This document shows, piece by piece, positions 11,411 through 19,365 of a stretch of DNA of 64,000 bases. The translations under genes and the position numbers were made by a program. A model generated the notes under the pieces. The model saw nothing but the letters and a program-made list of their open reading frames with translations. It was not told the origin of the DNA and did not search any database. The stretch spans positions 21,411 to 85,410 of the forward strand of contig JADZEE010000052.1 of the NCBI GenBank assembly GCA_020850735.1, given 5' to 3'. This stretch comes from Gammaproteobacteria bacterium (GTDB lineage Bacteria; Pseudomonadota; Gammaproteobacteria; JADZEE01). Each line of letters opens with the position of its first letter. Position 1 is the stretch's first letter.

Positions 11411-11598
11411 CTCAGCGCTCGTGAAACATTCGCCCGCCGTAGCGAGACGGTTCCCGGGCGTTCCTGGCCAGGCGCGGGGGTGCACAAAATCGCGCGCGTA
11501 GCGGGTGTACGTAAGCGATTTTGGGGGTCGCCGCAACGCCGCCAGGGGCGTCCCGGAGCCGTCGCAGCAGGCGCGGTGATGGCTTCACAAGCTCAGAG
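11411..11598 (+). repeat. MITE-like ~185-bp intergenic element, copy 2
   Basis: Same element as 8189-8368. It lies between the multicopper-oxidase stop and the SCO1 start, and the oxidase stop codon (11593-11595) is inside the element terminus. Confidence 0.85.
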
Positions 11599-12615
11599 CG
11601 CGGTGATCCAGCCCATGGCGCCGCGTTCGGCCATGTGGATCTGGTGCGGGTGAAACATGTACCGCCCCGGCCTGGGCAAAGTGAATTCGACGATCGCGCG
11701 CTCGGTCTGCCCGAGGGTGACGACGTCGGTATGCTCGTGCGGGATCAAAGCGGTGCCGGTGCGATACAGGTCGAAGGTCTGCGCGTGCAGGTGGAACGAT
11801 GCGACCGGGTCGTACTCGACCAGATTCGTCACGTACAGGCGCACCCGCTCGCCGGCCGGAACTTTGAGCGGGAAGCGGTGGTAGTAGCCGGCGATGCCGT
11901 TCCAGGCATACAGCTCGTTGCGGCCGTCGCCGTCCAGATCCCAGCCGCACAGGGACAGCACGCGCTCGTGCGCGGGCGGACGGCCGCCTTGCGGATCGAC
12001 GATCATCACGCCGTACATGCCGCGGGCGAAGTGGCGCGCGAACGGCGGCGTGTGGCAGTGATAGGGGTGCAGGCCGGCCGGGCCGGCGAGGATGCGATAG
12101 CTGCGCCGCTCACCGGGGTTGACCGGCTGCCAGCCGTCCTCACCGACGTCGTGCGCGCCGTGAAAGTGCAGCGAGTGCGCGGCGCCGGTGTCATTGACCA
12201 GCGTAATCTCGAGCAGCTCGCCTTCGGTGGCGCGGATCACCGGCCCGGGCGCCGTGCCGCCGTAGGTCCAGGTGTCGACGAAAGCACCCTGCCCCACCTC
12301 GACCCGGCCTTCGCGCACGTGCAGCTCGTACTGTCGCGCGCCCGCGCCTGCGCGTGGCGGGCGATCGAGCGCGGCCAGCGCATCCGGTCCCAGGTGCAGG
12401 GGCGGCTCGGCGGCCTGCGCGTACAGGCCGTGGACGGCGTGCGGCGACGATGTGGTCGCGGCAGGTCCCGCGGGCGGTGCCGCGACCGGTCCCAGACCCC
12501 GGGTCGGGCTCACCTTGGGCTGGGAGAAGCTCTGACCGAAGGTCGCCAGGCCGCCGGCGAACAGTCCCGCGACGCCGCCCAGGCCGCTCAACCGGAACCA
12601 GTCCCGCCGGCGCAC
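11593..12615 (-). CDS. Tat-exported two-domain multicopper oxidase, NirK (copper nitrite reductase)-like
   Basis: Twin-arginine signal MRRRDWFRLSGLGG. Copper-ligand contexts are HSLHFHGAHD, YHCHTPPFARHFARGMYG (Cys-X7-His-X4-Met, close to the NirK YHCAPP...H....M pattern), FHLHAQ and FHPHQIHM. Confidence 0.8.
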   Translation of the reverse strand: MRRRDWFRLSGLGGVAGLFAGGLATFGQSFSQPKVSPTRGLGPVAAPPAGPAATTSSPHAVHGLYAQAAEPPLHLGPDALAALDRPPRAGAGARQYELHVREGRVEVGQGAFVDTWTYGGTAPGPVIRATEGELLEITLVNDTGAAHSLHFHGAHDVGEDGWQPVNPGERRSYRILAGPAGLHPYHCHTPPFARHFARGMYGVMIVDPQGGRPPAHERVLSLCGWDLDGDGRNELYAWNGIAGYYHRFPLKVPAGERVRLYVTNLVEYDPVASFHLHAQTFDLYRTGTALIPHEHTDVVTLGQTERAIVEFTLPRPGRYMFHPHQIHMAERGAMGWITAL

Positions 12616-12624
12616 GGTGACGCG

Positions 12625-13869
12625 TCAGCCGTAGCGCAGCTCACCCTTCGCGTCGATCTCGCCGCGGTGCACCTTGCCGGTGACGTCGGCCAGCTCGTCG
12701 AGAAAGGTGTCGATCACCGCATCGTCGGTCGCCGCGTCGACCGGCAGATTGACCAGCGGTGGTTCGTAGTTGCCGAGCAGCACCCAGCCGAGGGCCGTCA
12801 TGCCGCCGACGATGGCCTCCAGATCATCGCCCTTGGAGCCGAACGCGACCGGCAGCAGATCCGTGTCCCAGGCGTCGAGCCCCTCGATCGCGCGGATCCC
12901 ATCGACCAGCCGCCGCTTCGCATCGAGCACCTGGCCGGCGAGCCGCAGGTAGCCGCTGTCACCCAGATACTTGAGGGTGCACCAGGCGGCAAACACGGGA
13001 CCTCCCGAACGCGAACCGACCAGGCCCATCATCTTGTACTCGCCGGCCGGCCAGTCAACCGGACTGACGTAGTGGAACTTTTGCAGCCCGGCCGAGCGCC
13101 ACAGCACCGTGGACATGGGTTTCGGGCAGTAGCCGAGCTTGTGCAGATCCGCGGAGATGGATTGCACGCCGGGCAGGCGGAAGTCCCAGGCCGGCAGCGC
13201 GTGGCCGAGCCGTTCCACGAACGGGGCGAGGTAGCCGCCGACACAGGCATCCACGTGCATCCACAACCCGTGCTGCACGGCGAGCGCGGAGATGTCCTCC
13301 AGCCGATCGTAGAGCCCGTAGGGCCAGCACGGCGCCGAACCGACCAGTGCGATCGTGTTCGGGCCGACGGCGTCGGCCATGGCCTGCACGTCGCCGCGAT
13401 AGTCGGCCGCGAGCGCCGTGCGCACGATTTTCATGCCGAGGTAGTGACAGGCCTTGGAGAACGCCGGATGCGCCGAGTACGGCAGCACGATCTCCGGCAC
13501 GCCCTTGACCGGCCGGTGCTCGCGGGCCCACTCGCGGGCCGCGTGCAGGGCGCAGAAAATGCTCTCGGATCCGCCGCTGGTGGTGTTGCCGCATGAATCC
13601 GCCAGCGGATGGAACAGGCTGACGCACATCTCCAGCGTTTCCTGCTCGATGTCGCCGATGTAGGGGTGATAGAGGGAGAAGAAGCCGTTGTCGGACAGGA
13701 ACATCGTGTAGGCCTTCAGCCCCACCTCCTGGACGTCGCGCGGGGCACGGAAAGCTTTGGTCCAGTGACCGCGGATGTCGTCCAGCCGGCGCGCCCGCAT
13801 CTCGGTCTCGAGCACGTCCCAGGTGACGCCGTCGGCGGGCAGGCTGCGGCGGGTGGTCGATGCAGTCAT
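12625..13869 (-). CDS. PLP-dependent group II decarboxylase / sphingosine-1-phosphate-lyase-like enzyme (paralog 1)
   Basis: Start trimmed to ATG 13869 (MTASTTRR). PLP-lysine context SISADLHKLGY, plus TSGGSESIF and WMHVDACVGG. Confidence 0.85.
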   Translation of the reverse strand: MTASTTRRSLPADGVTWDVLETEMRARRLDDIRGHWTKAFRAPRDVQEVGLKAYTMFLSDNGFFSLYHPYIGDIEQETLEMCVSLFHPLADSCGNTTSGGSESIFCALHAAREWAREHRPVKGVPEIVLPYSAHPAFSKACHYLGMKIVRTALAADYRGDVQAMADAVGPNTIALVGSAPCWPYGLYDRLEDISALAVQHGLWMHVDACVGGYLAPFVERLGHALPAWDFRLPGVQSISADLHKLGYCPKPMSTVLWRSAGLQKFHYVSPVDWPAGEYKMMGLVGSRSGGPVFAAWCTLKYLGDSGYLRLAGQVLDAKRRLVDGIRAIEGLDAWDTDLLPVAFGSKGDDLEAIVGGMTALGWVLLGNYEPPLVNLPVDAATDDAVIDTFLDELADVTGKVHRGEIDAKGELRYG

Positions 13870-13895
13870 GATCGTCTTCCTCTCGTTCAAGGGTT

Positions 13896-14177
13896 TCAGG
13901 TGATTCCGCCGGCCAGCGCGCCGGCGCACAGCACCAGCGCGTACAAGGCGCCGCCGCCGCCGACCGCGATCCAGCGCACGCCGGCATCGAGCTGCGGCCG
14001 CGCCGCCAGGTGGTAGAGCAGCGGGCCGAGCAGTGGCACGAGCAGGACCAGGGCGCTCCAGGCGACGCGTGCGGGCATCGCAAGATCCGTGCGCCGGCCC
14101 AGATCCCAGATCGCCAGAGTCGCCCACACGGCCGCGAGCAGCAGCGGCAGCGCCCAGGCGTAGAAGTTGAGCGCCAT
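13896..14177 (-). CDS. small membrane protein, PLDc_N (cardiolipin-synthase N-terminal)-like
   Basis: Start at ATG 14177 (MALNFYAW). Two TM helices with AIWDL...WSALVLLVPLLGPLLYHL, which is typical of PLDc_N small proteins. Confidence 0.6.
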   Translation of the reverse strand: MALNFYAWALPLLLAAVWATLAIWDLGRRTDLAMPARVAWSALVLLVPLLGPLLYHLAARPQLDAGVRWIAVGGGGALYALVLCAGALAGGIT

Positions 14178-14265
14178 CTGCGCGGCGCCGGGCAAGGCGA
14201 AATCCGTTGTTCCATTCACGAGCGAGATCTCCTGTGACGAACGTCGGTGCCCGCTACCGGCACCG

Positions 14266-14607
14266 CTAAAGCGCCGCCGGCGCAATCGGGGCGACGATCT
14301 GCGCGATCACCCCGGCGAGCACGCAGGTGATCAGGGCAAGTCCGCCCCACACCAGCAGCCGGCGCACGGGTGTGGCCAGCCAGCGATCGTGCAGCAGCAG
14401 GAAGGCGGCGCCGCCGAACAGCGGCAACGCCAGGATCAGCAGCCCCCACGCCGTTCGCCGGCGCCCCGCGGGCTCACCCGCGAGGCCGAGGAAGGCGACG
14501 CTCGCGAACACACAGTACAGTGTCATCGGTACGTAGTAGGCATACGCGCCGAAAAACAGCGAGGTCGCGTTCACCGGTTGCATCAGATACAGGGGCAGGT
14601 CGTTCAT
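14266..14607 (-). CDS. small integral membrane protein (PLDc_N-like, distant paralog of 13896-14177)
   Basis: Three to four predicted TM helices with WGLLILALPLFGGAAFLLL. The start ATG overlaps the upstream gene's stop (ATGA at 14604-14607). Confidence 0.55.
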   Translation of the reverse strand: MNDLPLYLMQPVNATSLFFGAYAYYVPMTLYCVFASVAFLGLAGEPAGRRRTAWGLLILALPLFGGAAFLLLHDRWLATPVRRLLVWGGLALITCVLAGVIAQIVAPIAPAAL

Positions 14608-16214
14608 CGGCCGGCCCGCGCCGCGGCGATGGTGGACACGGGTCTCGCGATCGCGTCGGCATCGATGCCGTAATCCGCGAACGGATGCAGCGCCGGTCGC
14701 ACCGGTGCATCGGCACCGCCGGGCATCACCGGCTGCGGCGGTGGTACCGGCCGATCGCGCCAGTCCCCGAACGGCAGCGCGCCACGCGTGGCTTGCACCA
14801 GCATGCCGAGCGTACCGAGATAGCTCACCGGCTCGGCGCCGACGGGCAGACGCGGACCCCTGCAGCCCTGCAGCAGCTCCAGTGCGGCGGGTATCGCGCT
14901 TGCGTAGACGTTGCCGGCGAAGCAGTTGCCGATGCTGCCGATGCCGGTCACGGCGAGATCGCTGCGGCCGTTACCGAGCACGACGTTGTCGACGACGCGG
15001 TTACCCGTGGCGGGCCAGTAGTTGCGATCCTTGAGCGGCATGACGTAGATGCCGTGGTTGGTGTTGTCGCGCACGAGATTGCGCTCGATACGGTGACGAT
15101 TGCCACCGGCAATGATGATGCCGTTGCCGTCCACCGTCAGCACCGCGTAAAAGGCGGCGGCGGCCGGATCACCATTGTTCTCGACCCGGTTGCCGACGAC
15201 GGTGGTCTCGCGGCCGGGCGGATAGAGCTCGATGTCGAAGGTCGTCAGGCCGATGCCGGCCTTGTTGCGCCGGAACACCGACTCGACGACGTACAGATCA
15301 CCGCCGGAATTGGTGCCCGAGTAGCCGAGCCCGTTGTACTCGGCGATCACGTCGGCGACCACCGCCCGGCACGGGTAGCACTGACCGATGTAGAAACCCG
15401 AGTCCGGCGAGCCCGAGGCGTAGGCATGCTCGAACACGCCGTCGACCGAGTCGAAGGCATAGATGCCGTAGTCGCCGTTGTTGTAGGCGGTGAGCCAGGA
15501 ACCGCGGTAGCCGGTGACGCCCGTCCAGTAAAAGCCGTTCAGGGTGTAGTTGCGCGAGCTCATATTCTCGACGGCCACGGCGTCGGCGACGATCATGAAG
15601 GCGTTGCCGAACTGGAACTGACCGTCCATCACCACCGCGTTGCGATCCACGCCGCGGATGGTGAGCGAGGGCGTGGAGACGAACACCTCCTCGTGATAGA
15701 CACCGGCGTCGATGAGGACGAGATCGCCGGGAAACGCCGCATCGACCGCGGTCTGAATGTCCGGGTAGTCCTGCGGCACGCGGCGGGTGACGCCACTCGG
15801 CTCGGCGACGGCGTGGAGCTTGCGGCGGTCGTCGACCAACGGCGTGTAGACGGCCTCGTCGCCGACCAGCACCGCGCCGACCATACCCTCGCGACCGTCG
15901 GGTGTCGCGTGATAGGTGCAGTAGTACGGAAACGCGCCCGCCTCGGGGAACACGACTTCAGTCAGATCGCCGGCCAGCATGTCGAGCCTGCCGAAGCTGC
16001 GCTCGGTCGACCACGCGCCGCCGACGGCCACGGCGTTGTGCGGATTGCGGCCGGCGTTGTGGAATACGATCGAGCCGCCGATCGGCACCCGCACCTCGCG
16101 CGGGGAATAGGAGTTGTCGACCATGGCCACCAGCACGGTGCCGGTGGGCGCGTCGCCGCCGTCGCTGCAGGCGGCGACGGCGAGCCCGATGAGGAGCAGC
16201 GCGGATGCGCGCAT
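14604..16214 (-). CDS. lipoprotein: N-terminal cupredoxin (blue-copper) domain fused to right-handed parallel beta-helix (NosD/CASH-like) repeats
   Basis: Start at ATG 16214, followed by a lipobox (LLLIGLAVAAC). Type-1 Cu ligand pattern: FHNAGRNPHNAV ... YYCTYH ... GM. It also has many beta-helix repeat signatures (NRVENNG, IIIAGGNRHRIERNLVRDNTNHGIYV, GNRVVDNVVLGNG). Confidence 0.8.
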   Translation of the reverse strand: MRASALLLIGLAVAACSDGGDAPTGTVLVAMVDNSYSPREVRVPIGGSIVFHNAGRNPHNAVAVGGAWSTERSFGRLDMLAGDLTEVVFPEAGAFPYYCTYHATPDGREGMVGAVLVGDEAVYTPLVDDRRKLHAVAEPSGVTRRVPQDYPDIQTAVDAAFPGDLVLIDAGVYHEEVFVSTPSLTIRGVDRNAVVMDGQFQFGNAFMIVADAVAVENMSSRNYTLNGFYWTGVTGYRGSWLTAYNNGDYGIYAFDSVDGVFEHAYASGSPDSGFYIGQCYPCRAVVADVIAEYNGLGYSGTNSGGDLYVVESVFRRNKAGIGLTTFDIELYPPGRETTVVGNRVENNGDPAAAAFYAVLTVDGNGIIIAGGNRHRIERNLVRDNTNHGIYVMPLKDRNYWPATGNRVVDNVVLGNGRSDLAVTGIGSIGNCFAGNVYASAIPAALELLQGCRGPRLPVGAEPVSYLGTLGMLVQATRGALPFGDWRDRPVPPPQPVMPGGADAPVRPALHPFADYGIDADAIARPVSTIAAARAGR

Positions 16215-16267
16215 GGCCGACCGCCGCCCTGCCACCGTCACCCTGGCCTCCTCCCCCGCACTCACCC

Positions 16268-16305
16268 GAAAACGTATAGTCACACTAGAACATCTATACG
16301 ATTTT
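16268..16305. promoter_or_regulatory. candidate TetR operator 1 (GAAAACGTATAG-N14-CTATACGATTTT)
   Basis: AT-rich inverted repeat about 50 nt upstream of the lipoprotein gene start, overlapping the TetR stop codon. Near-identical in arms and spacing to 17058-17095. Confidence 0.5.
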
Positions 16306-16995
16306 GGTCAACGGCCGGCGCCGGCCGGCGCGATTGCGCGCGGGCTGCGCGAGGCCCGCCGCCTTCGGTTCCGCGCTCGCGTAATGCGTGCGCCACGGCC
16401 CGAACAGCGTGCGCACCATGCGCTCGATATCCGCGAACACCCGTGCCGTCGGGATGTCATCATGCGTCACGTAGAGCAGGTACTCGTGGTTGAACACGGC
16501 GAACACCACCGTCGCCATGTCAGCGATATTGACACCGGCCGGGATCTGGCCGCGCAGTTGCAGCACGCGCAGCAGATCGCGGATCTGCTCGGTGGCCTTG
16601 GCGTCGGACCAGTCGACCACGTCGCTCAGCGTGCCCTGGTACTCCGGGATCCCCGGCACCGAGATCAGCCGCAGCAGACGCCGATCACGCCAGGAGTCGC
16701 ACCAGGACATGAAGTTGCGCAGCACGGCGACGAGCGCGTCCGCGGCATCGGCGGGTGGATCCTGGATGATCCGCTCGTTGTCCGCGAACAGCCGCTCCAG
16801 ATCCGGAACGGTCAGCGCCCGGACGATGTTCTCCTTGGACTGGAAGTACTTGTACAGCGTCGCGACGCCGAAGCCCGCGCGCACGGCGATCATCTCCATC
16901 GTGGTTTTCTGGTAACCGTGCTCCGCGAACAGGGCGGCGGCGGCCTCGACCATGGCCTTCCGGCGGCCCTGCTTCTGGCGTTCACGAACACTCAT
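16294..16995 (-). CDS. TetR/AcrR family transcriptional regulator
   Basis: Start at ATG 16995 (MSVRERQKQGRRKAMVEAAAALFAEHGYQKTTMEMIAVRAGFGVATLYKYFQSKENIV), which carries the N-terminal TetR HTH. Confidence 0.9.
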   Translation of the reverse strand: MSVRERQKQGRRKAMVEAAAALFAEHGYQKTTMEMIAVRAGFGVATLYKYFQSKENIVRALTVPDLERLFADNERIIQDPPADAADALVAVLRNFMSWCDSWRDRRLLRLISVPGIPEYQGTLSDVVDWSDAKATEQIRDLLRVLQLRGQIPAGVNIADMATVVFAVFNHEYLLYVTHDDIPTARVFADIERMVRTLFGPWRTHYASAEPKAAGLAQPARNRAGRRRPLTKIV

Positions 16996-17057
16996 CGACG
17001 ACTCCCATCGGCTGCGGGCACCGGCATGGCAGCCGCGCTTGCGCACCGGCCGCCGGC

Positions 17058-17095
17058 GAAATAGTATAGGGAAAAACGAATTACTACACGATTTT
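17058..17095. promoter_or_regulatory. candidate TetR operator 2 (GAAATAGTATAG-N14-CTACACGATTTT)
   Basis: Located in the divergent region between the TetR start (16995) and the TonB-receptor start (17150). Same architecture as 16268-16305. Confidence 0.5.
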
Positions 17096-17149
17096 CAGCG
17101 CACCGCCCCCCGCGGCGGGGCGGCCAGCCACGACGCAGGGGGATGGGGA

Positions 17150-19360
17150 ATGCAAACGACGATCTCGACGTACCGGGCAGCGGGCGGTTCGCTGTTCGCA
17201 CTCGCACTGCTGGTGTCCACGGCCCACGCCCAGGTGCTGGAGGAAGTCGTCGTCACCGCGCAGAAGCGCGAGCAGAGCCTGCAGGACGTGGGCATCTCGG
17301 TGACCGCGTTCACCGGCGATCAGCTGCACGCGCTCGGGCTGACCAGCACCGACGAGATCTCTCAGCAGACGCCCGGGCTGCTGTTCACCGCGGCCGGCGG
17401 CACGCAGTCGATCGGCCTGCCCGCGATCCGCGGCGTGGGCCAGAACGACTTCGGGCCGCACCAGGAAGTCCCGAACGCGGTCTATGTCGACGAGGGCTAC
17501 CTGTCGTTCAACGGCGCCATCCTGCAGCAGATGTTCGACCTGGAGCGGGTGGAGGTTTTGCGCGGTCCGCAGGGCACGCTGTTCGGGCGTAACGCCACCG
17601 GCGGCCTGATGCACTTCATCAGCCGCAAGCCGACGGAAAAGCCCGAGGCCTATGCGGATCTCACCCTGGCCGAGTACGAGCAGGTGAAGTTCGAAGGCGC
17701 GGTCAGCGGGCCGTTGTCGGAGCGCCTGCGCGGGCGCCTCGCCGTGGGCACCAACTACCACGGCGCATTCATCGACAATCGCATCGGCCCGGACACCGGC
17801 GACACCGAGAGCTACTCGGGGCGCGGCCAGTTGCAGTTCCAGGCCACCGACCGGCTCGATGTGCTGCTGTCGTTTTTCGGCGGCACGCACTCGGACGATC
17901 ACGTCGGCCCCTACCAGCACCGCGCCGCCATCCTCGACCGTGACGGACTGGGCATCAACCTGCCGGCGAACGTGGATTTCTACGGCACCTGCCCGGGCTG
18001 CGATGCCTTCGGCTACCGCGACGGCGACGGCGATCCGCATGCCCAGGACCTCGGCACCAACGGCTTCCTCGAGCGCGACACCTGGGGCGTGACCGGCAAC
18101 GTGAAGTGGGACTTCGACCGCTTCGTGCTCACCTCGATCTCCCATTACGTGGATTTCCAGTTCGACTACCTCGAGGACAACGACGTCTCGCCGACCCCGT
18201 TCGCCGAGTTCCTGTTCGGCCAGGACGCCTCGGAGTTCACCCAGGAGCTGCGCGTCAATGGTGAAACCGAACGCAGCCGCTGGGTCGCGGGTTTTTACTA
18301 CCTCAACATCGATTCGGACAATTACGAGGGCTTTCACCTGCCGCTGCCGATCACCGGTGTGCTGCTCGATACGGTCTGGAATCTGGAAACCGAATCTTGG
18401 GCGGTGTTCGGCCAGTTCGAGTACGACTTCGCACCCAAATGGACCTTCATCGGCGGGCTGCGCTGGACCGAGGACAGCAAGGAGATGGATCTGCTGAACA
18501 CGCTGGACATCGCCGGCCTGGGGATCATCCCCATCCCCTACAACAAGGCCACGGTGGGCGGGCTCGCGGAGCAGTCCAACGGCGACTACTCGTTCAAGAC
18601 CGAGCTGGACTTCCGGCCGACCGAGGACTGGCTGCTGTATTTCGGCGTGACCCGCGGCAACAAGGGCGGCAGCTTCAGCGCGCCGCTGGACATGACCGTC
18701 ACGCCGTTCGGCGCGGTGCCCTACCACCCCGAGACGCTCACCAGCTACGAGGGCGGCTTCAAGGCCACGCTGTGGGACGGGCGGGCGCGCCTGAACGCGA
18801 GCGCGTTCTACTACGATTACAAGGATTACCAGGCGTTCCGGCTCGAAAACGCGACCCAGATCGTGTTCAACGCCGATGCCGAGCTCTACGGCCTCGACAT
18901 CGAGCTGTACGCGCAGCCCGCCGAGGGCTGGGATCTGGTGCTCGGCGCGAGCTGGCTGGACGCCACCGTGTTCGACGTCACCCTGCCCTCGGGCCGGGTC
19001 ACGGACCGCGCACCGCCGCAGGCGCCGTCGCTGAGCATCAACGGGCTCGCCCGGCGCGAGTGGCCGTTCTGGCAGGGTCATCTCGCCGTCCAGGGCGATT
19101 TCAATTACGTCGGCGACTACCAGGCGTCGGTGCTGAATTCCCCGGCCACCGAGATCCCGCAGTACGTGATCGGCAACGCCCGGCTGAGCTACCGCAGCGG
19201 TGACGAACGCTGGGAGGCGGCGGTGTTCGTGAAGAACATCGCCGACGCGGGTATCCGCAGCTACGCCTTCGATCTGGCGGCCAGCGGTTTCCCCTACAAC
19301 CAGCTCGTGTACCTGCCGCCGCGCTGGGTCGGCGGCCAGGTCGTGTATCACTGGGAGTAG
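17150..19360 (+). CDS. TonB-dependent receptor
   Basis: Start at ATG 17150 with a signal peptide ending AHA-Q. Plug-domain start (VLEEVVVTAQKREQSLQDVGISVTAF), LRGPQGTLFGRNATGG, and a C-terminal beta-barrel ending YHWE. Confidence 0.9.
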   Translation: MQTTISTYRAAGGSLFALALLVSTAHAQVLEEVVVTAQKREQSLQDVGISVTAFTGDQLHALGLTSTDEISQQTPGLLFTAAGGTQSIGLPAIRGVGQNDFGPHQEVPNAVYVDEGYLSFNGAILQQMFDLERVEVLRGPQGTLFGRNATGGLMHFISRKPTEKPEAYADLTLAEYEQVKFEGAVSGPLSERLRGRLAVGTNYHGAFIDNRIGPDTGDTESYSGRGQLQFQATDRLDVLLSFFGGTHSDDHVGPYQHRAAILDRDGLGINLPANVDFYGTCPGCDAFGYRDGDGDPHAQDLGTNGFLERDTWGVTGNVKWDFDRFVLTSISHYVDFQFDYLEDNDVSPTPFAEFLFGQDASEFTQELRVNGETERSRWVAGFYYLNIDSDNYEGFHLPLPITGVLLDTVWNLETESWAVFGQFEYDFAPKWTFIGGLRWTEDSKEMDLLNTLDIAGLGIIPIPYNKATVGGLAEQSNGDYSFKTELDFRPTEDWLLYFGVTRGNKGGSFSAPLDMTVTPFGAVPYHPETLTSYEGGFKATLWDGRARLNASAFYYDYKDYQAFRLENATQIVFNADAELYGLDIELYAQPAEGWDLVLGASWLDATVFDVTLPSGRVTDRAPPQAPSLSINGLARREWPFWQGHLAVQGDFNYVGDYQASVLNSPATEIPQYVIGNARLSYRSGDERWEAAVFVKNIADAGIRSYAFDLAASGFPYNQLVYLPPRWVGGQVVYHWE

Positions 19361-19365
19361 CGGCT

